Origin: Gammaproteobacteria bacterium
Lineage (GTDB): Bacteria > Pseudomonadota > Gammaproteobacteria > JBCCGL01
NCBI GenBank assembly: GCA_965277715.1
Contig: OZ255836.1
Span: 1,856,001 to 1,920,000, forward strand
Direction: 5' to 3'
DNA length: 64,000 nt
Shown: positions 1-11,894 of the stretch, piece after piece
How positions within the stretch are numbered: position 1 is the stretch's first letter
Layout: every line of letters begins with the position of its first letter
The notes under the pieces: model-generated
Seen by the model: only the letters and a program-made list of their open reading frames with translations
Told to the model about the DNA's origin: nothing
Databases searched by the model: none
Translations under genes and position numbers: made by a program

Positions 1-18
1 AGTACGCGTGGCCGCTCA

Positions 19-1269
19 TCACCCTGCGCAGGCTTCTACTATTTCCCGCGCAGCCCGAATACCCGAATTAAACGCACCATGGCAGGTTGAATTGTCCCCG
101 ACAGTGGTTGCCTCACCGGCAAAAAACAAGCGGTTATCAACCGGGCGGGCCAATTCACGACGTTGATGCGCCTGTCCCGGCAATGCACACGAATACGACC
201 CTTTTGTCCACGGTTCAGTCGACCAGGCCGTCACAATAGAGCGGTTAACATGGCGTCGAACCCCATTGCCAAACACTTCGGCAATACGATCAACAGCATA
301 GTCGTGCCCCGCTCGCTGTCCCTGTTTTTCCAGCCAGATCGCGTGTCGACCACCCGTGAAGACTATCGCCGTATTCTGCCCCATTACGCTGGCTTCAAAT
401 CCGGCGGCTTCACCCGCTGCATTCCACACATTGTGGAAACCACGGCCATCGGCACCGAACACATCGCAATCGAAGTGCACACAGATCTTGTTCTCAGTCC
501 CTGTCGGCAAACCTGAGATAGCGCCCATCTTCCAGTCAGGCAGCTTAGGTGCAAACGCGATGTCACCCGCCGCCAGCACACCGTTAGAAACAGTGGACAG
601 CACCACACGCCCGCGCAATGCCCCCTTTGTCGTATCGACAGAGACGCCATCGGCAAACCAACTGATGCGCTTTACCTGTGTATTCAGCGATACAGGCACA
701 TCACAACCCCACGCAAGGACCAAATTCCCGTAACCGTTGAGCACGGGAATATCCGTACCATCGACAAAACCAACATAATCTGTACTTGATGTCTGATCGA
801 TATCCAGTGTATTGAGTGCCGCCATACCATTCATATACGACTCGGCATACTCACTGTCCAGATCCACCAGGTCGGCGATGGCAACATCCTCACCGCGCCC
901 GACAGCCGCAACAATCGCCTTTGTACACGCATCCTGATAGGCGAGATAGGCACGGTGCTCAGGCACACTCAATGGTGTACCATTTTTATGCACGCGGATA
1001 TGATTAAACATATCACCGTATTCTTTGCCCAGCACAACACCCAACGCATCGGCAATCGCTACAAAGGGATTTGTCCCGCCTTGATGCAAATAACTACAAC
1101 CCAAATCAAACCACACGCCGGGCGCAATCTCCTCGCTATAGGCCCTGCCACCGATGCGGTGCGAGCCCTCAATAACGGTATAACTCACACCCAGCGCGCC
1201 TAACGCCTTGGCCGCCGAAAGGCCAGCAGCCCCCGCACCAATAATGACAACATCGGTTTCAATCGACAT
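19..1269 (-). CDS. Flavin monoamine oxidase family FAD-dependent oxidoreductase
   Basis: GAGAAG dinucleotide motif followed by 'EGSHRIGGRA'; C-terminal 'W..GSYS...LFFAGEAT...HGA..SG.RAA'. Likely start ATG 1269 (MSIETDVV). Confidence 0.9.
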   Translation of the reverse strand: MSIETDVVIIGAGAAGLSAAKALGALGVSYTVIEGSHRIGGRAYSEEIAPGVWFDLGCSYLHQGGTNPFVAIADALGVVLGKEYGDMFNHIRVHKNGTPLSVPEHRAYLAYQDACTKAIVAAVGRGEDVAIADLVDLDSEYAESYMNGMAALNTLDIDQTSSTDYVGFVDGTDIPVLNGYGNLVLAWGCDVPVSLNTQVKRISWFADGVSVDTTKGALRGRVVLSTVSNGVLAAGDIAFAPKLPDWKMGAISGLPTGTENKICVHFDCDVFGADGRGFHNVWNAAGEAAGFEASVMGQNTAIVFTGGRHAIWLEKQGQRAGHDYAVDRIAEVFGNGVRRHVNRSIVTAWSTEPWTKGSYSCALPGQAHQRRELARPVDNRLFFAGEATTVGDNSTCHGAFNSGIRAAREIVEACAG

Positions 1270-1337
1270 AAATACGCCCGCTACTACCCTCAACTGTGCG
1301 AGAAAGTAGATAGATAGTCATCTGACAGAATTCCTGT

Positions 1338-2507
1338 CTATTGAAATAAGCCCGCTCTAATCGCATCAACCACCACCAGCGCTTCATCAACAGAGGCTCC
1401 CGTCACATTAATATGCCCCATTTTCCGCCCTGGCCTCGCCTCAGCCTTACCGTACAAATGCAGCGTGGCATCAGCCGGTAGCAGCGCCGCCCAGTCCGGC
1501 TCACCGCGCTGCCATAGATCACCCAATAAATTCAACATCACCACTGGCGTGGTCAACGCCGGATCACCAGCAGGTAATCCGCATACCATACGCACCTGCT
1601 GCTCAAACTGTGAGGTCACTGTGGCGTCCAGCGTATAGTGGCCACTGTTGTGCGGGCGTGGCGCAATCTCATTAATTAATACACGTTCATCCGTTGCCAC
1701 AAACATCTCGACACCGAGTACACCCACATAATCCAGTGCATCCGCCAGCGCCGTAGACAATCGCTGCGCCTCCACCGACAAATGACTATCTATCCGGGCG
1801 GGCACTGCCGAGGTCGATAAAATACCGTTGACATGTACATTCTCCGCCACTGGAAAGCACACCGCCTCCCCCTTATCACTGCGCGCCAACACAACCGAAA
1901 GTTCAGTGCGCAGGTCAATTTTCTCTTCCAGTACGCAGGGTACGCCAGCAAAGCGCGCAAAGGCTGCTTCAACGCCCTCACGGCTAGTACACACCGCCTG
2001 TCCTTTGCCGTCATAACCGAGCGTGGCTGTCTTCAAAATACACTCACCGCCGATCTCAGCAAACGCTGCGGCACAGTCTGAATCATTACGCACACAGCAA
2101 AACCGCGCTGTCGCCAGACCATTATCCCGAATAAACTGCTTTTCAAGCAGGCGGTTCTGCGCAATTTCCACCGCGACCAGCGACGGCGCCAACCGCACCC
2201 TCCCCTGCAAGGCACGCAGCGCCGCCGCCGGAATACTTTCAAATTCGATGGAAACCGCTGCGCAGTTTTCCGCGATGAAATCCAGCGAGGTAGAGTCTGT
2301 ATAAGCAGTGTGCAAATGCCGGGTGGCGATCTGCCCGGCAGGACTGAGTGGATCGGGATCGAGTACACAAACCCGGTAGCCCATAGTTAGCGCGGCTTGT
2401 GTGAATAGACGGCCCAATTGGCCACCGCCGAGCATGCCCAGCATTTTACCGGGGGGGATAATAGGTGAAGGGTGAAGGGTGAAGGGTGAAAAAGGGGGTG
2501 TGGTCAT
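1338..2507 (-). CDS. purK: N5-CAIR synthase
   Basis: [27 protein letters not shown] and [13 protein letters not shown] motifs; overlaps the purE stop codon. Confidence 0.97.
   Translation of the reverse strand: MTTPPFSPFTLHPSPIIPPGKMLGMLGGGQLGRLFTQAALTMGYRVCVLDPDPLSPAGQIATRHLHTAYTDSTSLDFIAENCAAVSIEFESIPAAALRALQGRVRLAPSLVAVEIAQNRLLEKQFIRDNGLATARFCCVRNDSDCAAAFAEIGGECILKTATLGYDGKGQAVCTSREGVEAAFARFAGVPCVLEEKIDLRTELSVVLARSDKGEAVCFPVAENVHVNGILSTSAVPARIDSHLSVEAQRLSTALADALDYVGVLGVEMFVATDERVLINEIAPRPHNSGHYTLDATVTSQFEQQVRMVCGLPAGDPALTTPVVMLNLLGDLWQRGEPDWAALLPADATLHLYGKAEARPGRKMGHINVTGASVDEALVVVDAIRAGLFQ
2464..2490 (+). repeat. 7-bp tandem repeat (GGTGAAG x~3.9) in the 5' end of purK
   Basis: ggtgaag ggtgaag ggtgaag ggtgaa read directly. 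Confidence 0.85.
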
Positions 2508-3046
2508 GTTTGTGTGGTGCTGTTGTTTGTTGGGGGGAGAGTCATGTTTAGGGATGTTTGGCGTTGTGTTAAGCGGTATTGCCGGAGTTTTTCAGCAAGC
2601 GATGGCGTTGTGGTTGCCAGTATGCTGACAGCGAATAAACCGGCATTTGCGGCGCCCGCTTCGCCAATGGCGAAGGTGGCCACGGGGACGCCTCTAGGCA
2701 TTTGTACGATTGAGTAGAGGGAATCCTGCCCGTGCAGGTGGCGTGATGGCACCGGCACACCCAATACCGGAACAGTCGTTTTTGCCGCCAGCATACCCGG
2801 CAAGTGAGCGGCGCCACCGGCACCGGCGATAATGCACACCAAACCACGCGCCTGTGCGGTTTCGGCGTATTCAAATAATAAGTCAGGGGTGCGGTGCGCA
2901 GAGACTACGCGGTACTCATGGGGCACAGCAAACTGCTCAAGCTGCTGCACTGCCTGCTGCATAATTGGCCAGTCGCTGTCACTGCCCATTACAATACCCA
3001 CCAGAGGGTGCCCCTCGGTGGTTAGCTCATTGCTTACATCAGTCAT
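2504..3046 (-). CDS. purE: N5-CAIR mutase
   Basis: [23 protein letters not shown] and SIVQMP.GVPVAT motifs. Confidence 0.98.
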   Translation of the reverse strand: MTDVSNELTTEGHPLVGIVMGSDSDWPIMQQAVQQLEQFAVPHEYRVVSAHRTPDLLFEYAETAQARGLVCIIAGAGGAAHLPGMLAAKTTVPVLGVPVPSRHLHGQDSLYSIVQMPRGVPVATFAIGEAGAANAGLFAVSILATTTPSLAEKLRQYRLTQRQTSLNMTLPPTNNSTTQT

Positions 3047-3312
3047 AACGGCAGCTCAGCCAGATGAAAGCAGGGCATTCTCGCTGATTTTTTTGGTAAT
3101 CGCCAGTACACCGTCTACCTTATAATGCGTACCAGGCCGATAAGGCCGTACCTCAATCGTCGTTCTGCCGTGGTCAGTGGCAATAACTGACTGACAACAA
3201 AAACCCAAAAGCTTGCCTACCCTCGACAAGACACTGTTTACCCCACAAAATACAGATGCCTGAACACGCTGACTTTGGTAAGGTACGCGCCTCAAACTGC
3301 CCCAGGAAAACA

Positions 3313-4215
3313 GTGCCTTCTCAACAAGCAATTTTAGAAACCTGTATTCACTCGCTGCCGTTGATACACCGTGGCAAAGTGCGCGATTTATACGCAGTCG
3401 GAGAGGATCATCTGCTGATGATTGCCAGCGACCGCTTATCCGCATTTGATGTAATTCTGCCGCAGCCATTGACAGGCAAAGGCAAGCTACTGACCGCTAT
3501 CTCGTTGTTTTGGTTTCAACAACTCAACGACATCATTCCCAACCACCTCAGTGACTTATCGTTACAGAATGTGCTGCCAGACCCCAATGAATACGCCCAG
3601 GCGGAAGGCCGTTATATGCTGGCAAAGCGCCTGCGCGCCCTGCCGATTGAAGCCGTGGTACGTGGCTACCTCATCGGTTCCGGTTGGAAAGACTATCAAC
3701 ACAGTGGGCAGATTTGTGGCATCGGTCTGCCCAGTGGGCTGCGCATCGCAGAACAACTACCCCAACCGATTTTCACCCCGGCGAGTAAAGCCGCCGTCGG
3801 CGACCACGACGAAAACATCCCCTTTTCGACCGTCATCGACACCATCGGCGAAGACCTCGCCGAACAGGTACGCCGCACCAGCCTGGAACTGTACCAACGC
3901 GCCAGCGGCTACGCCCGACAGCGGGGTATTATCATCGCCGACACCAAATTTGAGTTCGGCCTCGATGAAAACGACCAACTGGTGTTGATGGACGAAGCGC
4001 TCACCCCCGACTCATCGCGCTTCTGGCCCGCCGACCAATGGCAACCGGGGTGCAACCCCCCCAGCTTTGACAAACAGTTTGTACGTGACTACCTGGAAAC
4101 CCTCGACTGGGACAAAACAGCCCCCGGCCCCCTACTCCCACAAGAGGTTATGGACAAGGCACTCGGCAAATACCGGGAAATCGTGTCACTGCTCACCGCA
4201 GACCCGGTGCACTAA
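3313..4215 (+). CDS. purC: SAICAR synthase
   Basis: GKVRDLY, SDRLSAFD, IIADTKFEFG, DEALTPDSSRFW and FDKQFVRD motifs. Likely GTG start at 3313 after AGGA; the ORF is open from 3256. Confidence 0.97.
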   Translation: MPSQQAILETCIHSLPLIHRGKVRDLYAVGEDHLLMIASDRLSAFDVILPQPLTGKGKLLTAISLFWFQQLNDIIPNHLSDLSLQNVLPDPNEYAQAEGRYMLAKRLRALPIEAVVRGYLIGSGWKDYQHSGQICGIGLPSGLRIAEQLPQPIFTPASKAAVGDHDENIPFSTVIDTIGEDLAEQVRRTSLELYQRASGYARQRGIIIADTKFEFGLDENDQLVLMDEALTPDSSRFWPADQWQPGCNPPSFDKQFVRDYLETLDWDKTAPGPLLPQEVMDKALGKYREIVSLLTADPVH

Positions 4216-4257
4216 TAGACAACTTTCCACACTCTCTTTATATCAGCAGGTTATCCC

Positions 4258-5151
4258 ATGACTACTTTTGAACAGCAACTACACAAAATTGAAACACAAG
4301 TGGGTTTTATCGCGGCGCTCGACCAAAGTGGCGGCAGCACACCCAAAGCACTGCGCCTATACGGTATCGAAGAAGACGCCTATGCCAATGAGGCCGAAAT
4401 GTTCGACGCCGTTCACGCCATGCGCAGCCGCATCGTCACCAGCCCCAGCTTTAACGGCGAGCGCGTAATGGGCGCTATTTTATTTGAAATGACCATGGAC
4501 CGAGAGGTCGACGGCCAGCCCTCAGCCCACTACCTGTGGAACGAAAAACGCGTTGTGCCCTTTCTAAAAGTCGACAAAGGACTCGCCGACGAAGCCGACG
4601 GCGTGCAACAAATGAAACCGATGCCCGCACTCGACGCACTGCTGGCCCGCGCCAGTGAAAAAGGCATATTTGGCACCAAGATGCGCTCGGTGATTAAACT
4701 GGCCAATGCAGCGGGGATCAACGCTGTTGTCGACCAGCAATTCGATGTCGGTTTGCAAATCATCGCTGCCGGATTAGTGCCGATTATCGAGCCTGAAGTC
4801 GATATTCACAGCACAGAAAAAGCCGCTGCGGAAAATGCATTAAAAACCGCCTTACTGGCGCGCCTGGATCAACTATCCAGCGACCAAAAAGTCATGCTCA
4901 AACTGACCTTGCCAGAAACCGACAACTTCTACTCAGACTGTGTAAACCACCCCAACGTACTCAAAGTAGTGGCGCTATCGGGTGGTTACAGCCGCGAAGA
5001 GGCCAATGCCCGCATGTCGCGCAACAACGGCGTTGTCGCCAGCTTCTCGCGGGCGCTCACTGAAGGTTTATCGGCACAACAAAACGACGACACCTTCAAC
5101 GTCATGCTCAACGACTCAATTGAAAGTATTTATCAGGCATCAAAAACCTAA
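4258..5151 (+). CDS. fda: Fructose-bisphosphate aldolase class I
   Basis: GFIAALDQSGGSTPKAL, FLKVDKGL, GTKMRSVI, LSGGY and ASFSRAL motifs. Confidence 0.95.
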   Translation: MTTFEQQLHKIETQVGFIAALDQSGGSTPKALRLYGIEEDAYANEAEMFDAVHAMRSRIVTSPSFNGERVMGAILFEMTMDREVDGQPSAHYLWNEKRVVPFLKVDKGLADEADGVQQMKPMPALDALLARASEKGIFGTKMRSVIKLANAAGINAVVDQQFDVGLQIIAAGLVPIIEPEVDIHSTEKAAAENALKTALLARLDQLSSDQKVMLKLTLPETDNFYSDCVNHPNVLKVVALSGGYSREEANARMSRNNGVVASFSRALTEGLSAQQNDDTFNVMLNDSIESIYQASKT

Positions 5152-5203
5152 CACCTCCCCAACATTGAATTGATAAATATATAAGGCAACCCAAAGAACC
5201 CTC

Positions 5204-5238
5204 TCAATCACCACAGACGGATCGATTGTGGTGATTGA
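5204..5238. terminator. Stem-loop between convergent fda and pyk, possible terminator
   Basis: 12-bp perfect stem tcaatcaccaca / tgtggtgattga; no clear U-tract. Confidence 0.5.
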
Positions 5239-5280
5239 AAGCCCCCCAGCAAACGGACAACAGACAAAAAGCACAACCCC

Positions 5281-5440
5281 ATACCACCAGCAATTAGTGT
5301 CAGCCTACTTTCCACAGAAACAGTTGGCGTACGACTGTATGGATACAGGAGAGAGAGCAACGCAGGAGCAGTTACCAGGGAGCGGTAGCTTCACCCTGCA
5401 AAGCGCAAAGAAAAACACCAAAACACCGCGAGCGAACCCC
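5281..5440 (+). repeat. Composite intergenic repeat, copy 1 (left arm + 47-bp unit + right arm)
   Basis: Left arm matches 7408-7455 and 53047-53094; contains acgactgtatggatacagga..gagcaacgcaggagcagtt; right arm matches 53317-53380. Confidence 0.85.
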
Positions 5441-5486
5441 CACAACACTACCTAAAGAAGAGTAAAACACCCTCACTCCTGCGCCC

Positions 5487-6926
5487 TCACTCCTCAGGCA
5501 ACAAATCAGCAACCTTAACCACCTCCATCACACTCGTCCCCCCACCCACTCCCGCAAGGTTACCCTTAGTAATAATCACTATATCATCGCGTTCAACAAT
5601 CCCCTCTTTCACCATCAGCGCCACCGCATCATGGTTCGCACTCTGGTGATCATGTTTTATTTCAGCCATCTCAACCGGATAAACCCCCCGGTATAAAGTG
5701 ACCTTACTGCGTGTGCGCGCATGCCGGGTCAATGCATAAATGGGGATACTGGAACTGATTCTCGACATCCACAACGCCGTGGAGCCAGACTCGGTATACG
5801 CGGCAATAGCACGCACATGCAAATGATTTGCCGCATACATCGCCGACATAGCAATCGACTCATCGATGCGTACAAACGTATCGTCAATGCGGTGCCGGGA
5901 GCGCGTAGCACTGCCGTGCAATTCAGCCTTTTCACAAATTTCACCCATGGCTTTAACCGCCAACACCGGGTATTCGCCCGCCGCCGTCTCGGCAGAGAGC
6001 ATCACCGCATCGGTGCCATCGATCACCGAATTGGCCACATCAAACACCTCGGCGCGTGTCGGAATCGGGTTTTTGATCATCGACTCCATCATCTGCGTGG
6101 CAGTAATAACCACCTTGTTTGCACTGCGTGCCTGGCTAATCAGGCGCTTTTGCACAGCGGGCAACTCGGCATCGCCAATCTCCACACCAAGATCACCCCG
6201 GGCGACCATAATAGAGTCTGATGCTTTCAGTATTCCCTCAATATTATCCAGCGCCTCAGCGCGCTCAATCTTGGCACAGATCAACGCATCACCGCCCGCC
6301 TCATGTAACAACTGGCGCGCCTCTTCGATATCCGCTGCATCACGGGGGAACGATACCGCCAGATAATCCACACCGATTTCGGCGGCGGTTTTAATATCCT
6401 CACGGTCCTTATCCGTCAACGCCGGGGCAATCAACCCACCGCCGCGCATATTAATTCCCTTATTATTGGACAACACCCCACCTGTCATTACCCGCGTGTG
6501 AATCTCCGCCCCCTGAACAGCCTTCACCTGCAACACGATGCGGCCATCATCCAGCACCAGTGTGTTCCCCTCGCTCACTTCCTGGGGGAGATTTTTATAC
6601 GTGATACCCACCCGCTCTTTGCTGCCGACATCCCCGGTCAGGCTGGCATCGAGAATAAAATCACCCCCTTTGTGCAGCAGTACCGAACCATCGACAAATT
6701 TTTCAGTGCGGATTTTTGGCCCCTGTAAATCCCCCAAAATACCCACACACCGCCCCAGTACTTTAGAACGCTCACGCACCCGTGCCGCACGCGTCTTGTG
6801 ATCCTCTGCTGTGCCGTGAGAAAAATTCAGCCGCACCACATCCACACCCACATTGATCAGCCCATCGAGCTGGCGTGTCGGGTCAGTTGCCGGGCCAAGA
6901 GTTGCAACAATTTTAGTTCTGCGCAT
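5487..6926 (-). CDS. pyk: Pyruvate kinase
   Basis: RRTKIVATLGP, RLNFSHG, DLQGPKIR, MVARGDLG, ATQMMESM and DAVMLSAETA motifs. Confidence 0.98.
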   Translation of the reverse strand: MRRTKIVATLGPATDPTRQLDGLINVGVDVVRLNFSHGTAEDHKTRAARVRERSKVLGRCVGILGDLQGPKIRTEKFVDGSVLLHKGGDFILDASLTGDVGSKERVGITYKNLPQEVSEGNTLVLDDGRIVLQVKAVQGAEIHTRVMTGGVLSNNKGINMRGGGLIAPALTDKDREDIKTAAEIGVDYLAVSFPRDAADIEEARQLLHEAGGDALICAKIERAEALDNIEGILKASDSIMVARGDLGVEIGDAELPAVQKRLISQARSANKVVITATQMMESMIKNPIPTRAEVFDVANSVIDGTDAVMLSAETAAGEYPVLAVKAMGEICEKAELHGSATRSRHRIDDTFVRIDESIAMSAMYAANHLHVRAIAAYTESGSTALWMSRISSSIPIYALTRHARTRSKVTLYRGVYPVEMAEIKHDHQSANHDAVALMVKEGIVERDDIVIITKGNLAGVGGGTSVMEVVKVADLLPEE

Positions 6927-7078
6927 AGCGGTATTGATTTCCAGAGAAAAAGGGTACGGATATACGTACTCTTAAGGTGTTAAACAGCGAGGATTATAGC
7001 CGTGTAACACCACAGGCAAGATAAAACATTTATTACAGCAACCACACCGGCAAGTGTAAGGTAAACGGTGTACCAACC

Positions 7079-7320
7079 TCAACCAATCGGCACCTTACCC
7101 CCTATTTTTGCCGTAATCTGCCCGGCGGCCCGGACTACCTCGGGGGCAATTTCAGCAATGGCATTATTCGGAAACCGGGCAGCAGGCCCAGATACAGAAA
7201 TACCGGCGACCGCTTCACCGTATGCGTTGTATACACAGGCCGCAATGCAGCGCATCCCCAGATAACGTTCCTCATCATCGTAAGACCACCCTCTCGCACG
7301 CGTTGTTTCCAGATCTATAA
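7079..7320 (-). pseudogene. C-terminal remnant of an IclR-family regulator
   Basis: 'DLETTRARGWSYDDEERYLGMRCIAACVYNAYGEAVAGISVSGP' is the IclR effector-domain end; no HTH upstream, where a repeat sits instead. Confidence 0.85.
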
Positions 7321-7380
7321 ACCTAAATTCCTCAGTCGAATTGATTAACAAAAACATACCAACCAGATAAACAGGCAATA

Positions 7381-7582
7381 CACCAGAGACACAACCTCAT
7401 GCACCAACTACCAGCAATTAGCATCAGCCTGGTTTCCACAGAGACAGTTGCCGTACGACTGTATGGATACAGGAGATAGAGCAACGCAGGAGCAGTTGCC
7501 GACACCTATATTGATTAGCACGGTATTCTTACGGCCTGTACCTGGCTCACTTACGGGCACAAAGAAGCCCAGGATAGTCAAA
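7381..7582 (+). repeat. Composite intergenic repeat, copy 2 (left arm + 47-bp unit + middle)
   Basis: Aligns with 53026-53172 apart from an extra 47 bp at ~7457-7503. Confidence 0.85.
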
Positions 7583-7665
7583 GAATTAAGAGGTGAGTGA
7601 AGCAACGATAACGGTCTGATTAAAATCAGGTACGCAAACTACTGGCTGACAATGAAATTCAACCT

Positions 7666-8847
7666 CTACCTGGTATAGCGTTCTTCCAGCATAGCCACAG
7701 CAGGCAGCTTCTTGCCTTCCAGAAACTCCAAAAACGCCCCACCACCAGTAGAAATATACGATACCTTATCGGCAATGGCATATTTATCGACAGCCGCTAA
7801 CGTATCCCCTCCCCCCGCAATGGAAAATGCCGAAGATTCAGCAATCGCCCTGCCCAGCGTTTCAGTCCCCTGACCAAACTGATCAAACTCAAACACACCG
7901 ACCGGGCCATTCCAGACAATAGTACCCGCACTCTTCAGAATACCGGCATATTGCGCAGCAGTTTGCGGGCCTATATCAAAAATCATATCATCGCCATTCA
8001 CGGCATCGACAGCTTTAGTTTCAGCCACCGCCGATTCAGAAAAAACCGCACCGATAACCACATCGACCGGCACCGGAATATCACCGCCTTTTTCGCGAGC
8101 CGCTTCACTCAAACGCCGCGCCTCACCAATCAAACCAGCCTCACACAGTGACTTCCCAATGTTATGCCCTTCACTGGCAATAAAAGTATTGGCAATACCG
8201 CCACCCACGATGAGCTGATCAACGATTCCTGATAACGCATCCAGCACCGTCAATTTGGTCGACACTTTTGACCCACCGACAATCGCCACCAACGGCCTGG
8301 CGGGGTTATCCAGCGCCTTACCGAGCGCCTCCAGCTCAGCGGCCAGCAACGGCCCGGCACAGGCCAGTGGCGCATACAAACCGACACCGTGAGTAGACGC
8401 CTGGGCGCGGTGCGCCGTGCCAAATGCATCCATCACATACACATCACAGAGCGCCGCGTATTGGCGGGACAAAACCTCGTCATTGCCTTTTTCACCCGCG
8501 TTAAAACGCACATTTTCCAGTAGCACAACCTCGCCATCATCAAGCTCAGGCACCTGATCACAATACGCTTTCACCAACCGCACCGGCGCACCAAGCAGGG
8601 TGGACAAGTGCTCAGCAACTGGCGCCAGTGAAAATTCCTCGGCGTACTCGCCCTCGGTCGGGCGCCCCAGGTGGGACATCAGCATAAGCTGCGCCCCGCT
8701 ATCCCGCGCCTGGTGAATCGTCGCCAGCGATGCACGAATCCGCGCATCGCTGGTCACTTTACCGTGCTTTATCGGTACATTCAGATCCTGGCGGATAAGC
8801 ACGCGTTTACCGGCCAAGTCCAGGTCGGTCATTTTCAACACGGACAT
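7666..8847 (-). CDS. pgk: Phosphoglycerate kinase
   Basis: [35 protein letters not shown] and STGGGA motifs; start ATG 8847 (MSVLKM). Confidence 0.98.
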   Translation of the reverse strand: MSVLKMTDLDLAGKRVLIRQDLNVPIKHGKVTSDARIRASLATIHQARDSGAQLMLMSHLGRPTEGEYAEEFSLAPVAEHLSTLLGAPVRLVKAYCDQVPELDDGEVVLLENVRFNAGEKGNDEVLSRQYAALCDVYVMDAFGTAHRAQASTHGVGLYAPLACAGPLLAAELEALGKALDNPARPLVAIVGGSKVSTKLTVLDALSGIVDQLIVGGGIANTFIASEGHNIGKSLCEAGLIGEARRLSEAAREKGGDIPVPVDVVIGAVFSESAVAETKAVDAVNGDDMIFDIGPQTAAQYAGILKSAGTIVWNGPVGVFEFDQFGQGTETLGRAIAESSAFSIAGGGDTLAAVDKYAIADKVSYISTGGGAFLEFLEGKKLPAVAMLEERYTR

Positions 8848-8858
8848 ACAGACAAAAC

Positions 8859-9869
8859 CTATTGCGCGTTGGCCAACGCCACCGTGGTATCCAACATACG
8901 GTTGGAGAAACCCCACTCGTTGTCATACCAGGACAGTACTTTCACCATCGTGCCCTGCATCACTTTGGTGAGCGGTGCCTCGTAGGTAGACGAGGCTGGA
9001 TCGTGGTTGAAGTCAATCGACACCAGGGGTTTGTCGTTGTAGGCCAGAACACCTTTCAATGAGTCCTGAGAGGCTTCGCGCATGATGGTGTTAATTTCTT
9101 CAACACTGGTTTCACGCGCCGCTTCAAAAGTGAGATCGACAACAGATACATTAATGGTGGGCACGCGCATGGCGTAGCCGTCAAGCTTACCCGCCAGCTC
9201 AGGCATCACCAGCCCCACTGCCGCCGCCGCACCCGTGCTGGTGGGAATCATCGAGCTGGTGGCCGAGCGTGCGCGGCGCAAGTCACTGTGGTACACATCG
9301 GTCAACACCTGGTCGTTGGTGTAGGCGTGAATGGTGGTCATCAGACCATGCTTGACACCGATGGCATCGTGCAGTGGTTTCACCAGCGGCGCCAGGCAGT
9401 TGGTGGTACACGAAGCATTCGAGATCACCGTATCACTGGCTTTCAGCACGCCGTGGTTGACACCGTAGACAATCGTCGCATCGACATCTTTACCGCCAGG
9501 CGCCGAGATAATCACCTTGCCCGCACCACCTTGCAGATGCGCCGATGCCTTTTCCTTGCTGGCAAAAAAACCGGTACTTTCGTGCACGACATCCACCCCC
9601 AAATCACCCCAGGGCAGCTTGGCTGGGTCGCGCTCGGCGAGTACTTTGATGCGGTCACCGTTGATGATCATATCGTCACCATCGACAGACACCTCGCCAT
9701 TGAAACGGCCATGCGCGGTGTCGTATTGAGTCAGGTGGGCGTTGGTATTGGCATCACCCAAATCGTTGATAGCGACAATTTTTATGTCGTCACGGCCAGA
9801 TTCGTACAGGGCGCGCATGATATTGCGGCCGATGCGGCCATAGCCGTTAATTGCTACGTTGATAGTCAT
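8859..9869 (-). CDS. gap: Glyceraldehyde-3-phosphate dehydrogenase (type I)
   Basis: [21 protein letters not shown] and WYDNEWGFS motifs. Confidence 0.98.
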   Translation of the reverse strand: MTINVAINGYGRIGRNIMRALYESGRDDIKIVAINDLGDANTNAHLTQYDTAHGRFNGEVSVDGDDMIINGDRIKVLAERDPAKLPWGDLGVDVVHESTGFFASKEKASAHLQGGAGKVIISAPGGKDVDATIVYGVNHGVLKASDTVISNASCTTNCLAPLVKPLHDAIGVKHGLMTTIHAYTNDQVLTDVYHSDLRRARSATSSMIPTSTGAAAAVGLVMPELAGKLDGYAMRVPTINVSVVDLTFEAARETSVEEINTIMREASQDSLKGVLAYNDKPLVSIDFNHDPASSTYEAPLTKVMQGTMVKVLSWYDNEWGFSNRMLDTTVALANAQ

Positions 9870-9902
9870 CAGTGCTCCTAAAGAGAATGTGCTTGAGGTT
9901 AT

Positions 9903-11894
9903 TTATAAAATTTTTTCGACAGTGTCGACAACATTGGCAACGGTAAAACCGAAGTGCTCGAACACCTGCTCGGCAGGCCCGGACTCACCAAAGGTATCAA
10001 GCCCTACCACTGCGCCATCCAGACCAACGTATTTGCGCCAGTAGTCACTGACGCCCGCCTCGACAGCCACGCGTCTGCGCACAGTAGAGGGCAGTACAGA
10101 CTGTTTGTAGTTATCGTCCTGCGCGTCAAATGCATCCGCAGAAGGCATCGAGACCAAACGCACCTGGATGGATTTTTCAGCCAGCACCCGCTGCGCATTC
10201 ATCGCCAACGCCACCTCAGAACCAGTGGCGATTAAAATTGCATCCGGCTGACCGTCACAGTCAATGAGGACATAGGCACCGCGCTCAATCGCAGCGATTT
10301 GTTCGGCACTGCGCGGCATATGCGGCAAGCCCTGGCGTGAAAACAATAAACAGACCGGGCCTTGGCGCCTTTCACAGGCAAGTTTCCAGGCTACAGCCGA
10401 TTCGACCGCATCGCACGGCCGCCATACCGACATGCCGGGGATCATGCGCAAGGTGGCTGTCTGTTCAACCGCCTGGTGGGTGGGACCATCTTCACCGAGG
10501 CCAATAGAGTCGTGCGTGTAGACAAAAATATTTGGCACGTTCATCAGTGCCGCCATACGCAGCGCATTGCGGGCATATTCAGAAAACATCAAAAACGTCG
10601 CGCCATACGGTTTAAAACCACCGTGCAGCACAATGCCATTCATAATCGCCGACATACCAAATTCACGCACACCGTAATAGATATAATTACCGGCGGGGTC
10701 ATCCTGAATGCCCTTAGCGCCAGACCAGAGCGTTAGATTAGAGCCAGCCAGGTCAGCGGAGCCACCGAGAAACTCGGGCAACAATTGCCCAAACCCTTCA
10801 ATCGCATTTTGCGATGCTTTACGGGTGGCAATTTTCTCAGCTTTAGCATCGACTGCAGCGACAAATACGCTGGCTTTTTCCTGCCAGTCGGCAGGCAGCT
10901 CACCCGCTGTGCGCCGTTCAAATTCGGCGGCAAGTTGTGGATGGGCTGCGCGGTAGGCGGCCAGTCGCTGCTTCCATTCCACCTCTGCGGCGGCACCTTT
11001 TTCCCGGGCGTTCCACCCCTGGTATACCGTTTGCGGTATTTCAAAAGGCGCATGTGGCCAACCAATAGCTTCCCGTGTCAGGGCAATTTCGGTCTCACCC
11101 AGCGGTGCACCATGACTGGATTCCTTACCCTGCTTATTCGGTGAACCGGCACCGATAATTGTTTTACAGATAATCAACGTGGGCTTGTCACCACTGGCAC
11201 GTGCCGCCACGATGGCTGCACTGACCGCCTGTGGATCGTGGCCATCGACAGCCTCAATAACCTGCCAGCCATACGCCTCAAAGCGTGCGGCAGTGTCATC
11301 GCCAAACCACCCGGCCACATCGCCATCGATAGAGATGCCATTGTCATCATAAAAGGCGATCAGTTTACCCAGCTTCAAGGTACCTGCCAGCGAGCAGACT
11401 TCGTGTGATATACCTTCCATCAAACAACCATCACCGAGAAAGCAATAGGTGTGATGGTCGACCAGGGTATGGCCATCGCGGTTGAATTGCGCGGCCAGTG
11501 TGCGCTCGGCAATCGCCATACCCACGGCGTTACTGATGCCCTGCCCCAGCGGGCCAGTCGTGGTTTCCACACCCGGTGCATAGCCGTATTCGGGATGCCC
11601 CGGTGTCTTTGAGTGCAATTGGCGAAACTGGCGCAGATCCTCAATACTGAGGTCATAACCGCTCAGGTGTAACAACGAATAGATCAACATCGAGCCGTGC
11701 CCATTGGACAAAACAAAGCGGTCACGGTTAGCCCAGGTGGGGTTGGCAGGGTTGTGAACCAGATAATCATTCCACAACACTTCGGCGATATCGGCCATTC
11801 CCATCGGCGCGCCAGGGTGGCCGGATTTGGCCTGTTGCACCGCATCCATACTCAGTGCACGTATTGCATTTGCCAGCGTTCTACGCCCGGACAT
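9903..11894 (-). CDS. tkt: Transketolase
   Basis: [27 protein letters not shown] and [15 protein letters not shown] motifs. Confidence 0.98.
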   Translation of the reverse strand: MSGRRTLANAIRALSMDAVQQAKSGHPGAPMGMADIAEVLWNDYLVHNPANPTWANRDRFVLSNGHGSMLIYSLLHLSGYDLSIEDLRQFRQLHSKTPGHPEYGYAPGVETTTGPLGQGISNAVGMAIAERTLAAQFNRDGHTLVDHHTYCFLGDGCLMEGISHEVCSLAGTLKLGKLIAFYDDNGISIDGDVAGWFGDDTAARFEAYGWQVIEAVDGHDPQAVSAAIVAARASGDKPTLIICKTIIGAGSPNKQGKESSHGAPLGETEIALTREAIGWPHAPFEIPQTVYQGWNAREKGAAAEVEWKQRLAAYRAAHPQLAAEFERRTAGELPADWQEKASVFVAAVDAKAEKIATRKASQNAIEGFGQLLPEFLGGSADLAGSNLTLWSGAKGIQDDPAGNYIYYGVREFGMSAIMNGIVLHGGFKPYGATFLMFSEYARNALRMAALMNVPNIFVYTHDSIGLGEDGPTHQAVEQTATLRMIPGMSVWRPCDAVESAVAWKLACERRQGPVCLLFSRQGLPHMPRSAEQIAAIERGAYVLIDCDGQPDAILIATGSEVALAMNAQRVLAEKSIQVRLVSMPSADAFDAQDDNYKQSVLPSTVRRRVAVEAGVSDYWRKYVGLDGAVVGLDTFGESGPAEQVFEHFGFTVANVVDTVEKIL

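Noticed and set aside
3056-3469. 137-aa ORF
   Set aside because: Antisense to purC and spans the divergent promoter region; no motif.
7408-7605. Small ORFs here and at 5228, 53311 and 63102
   Set aside because: They are translations of the repeat family.
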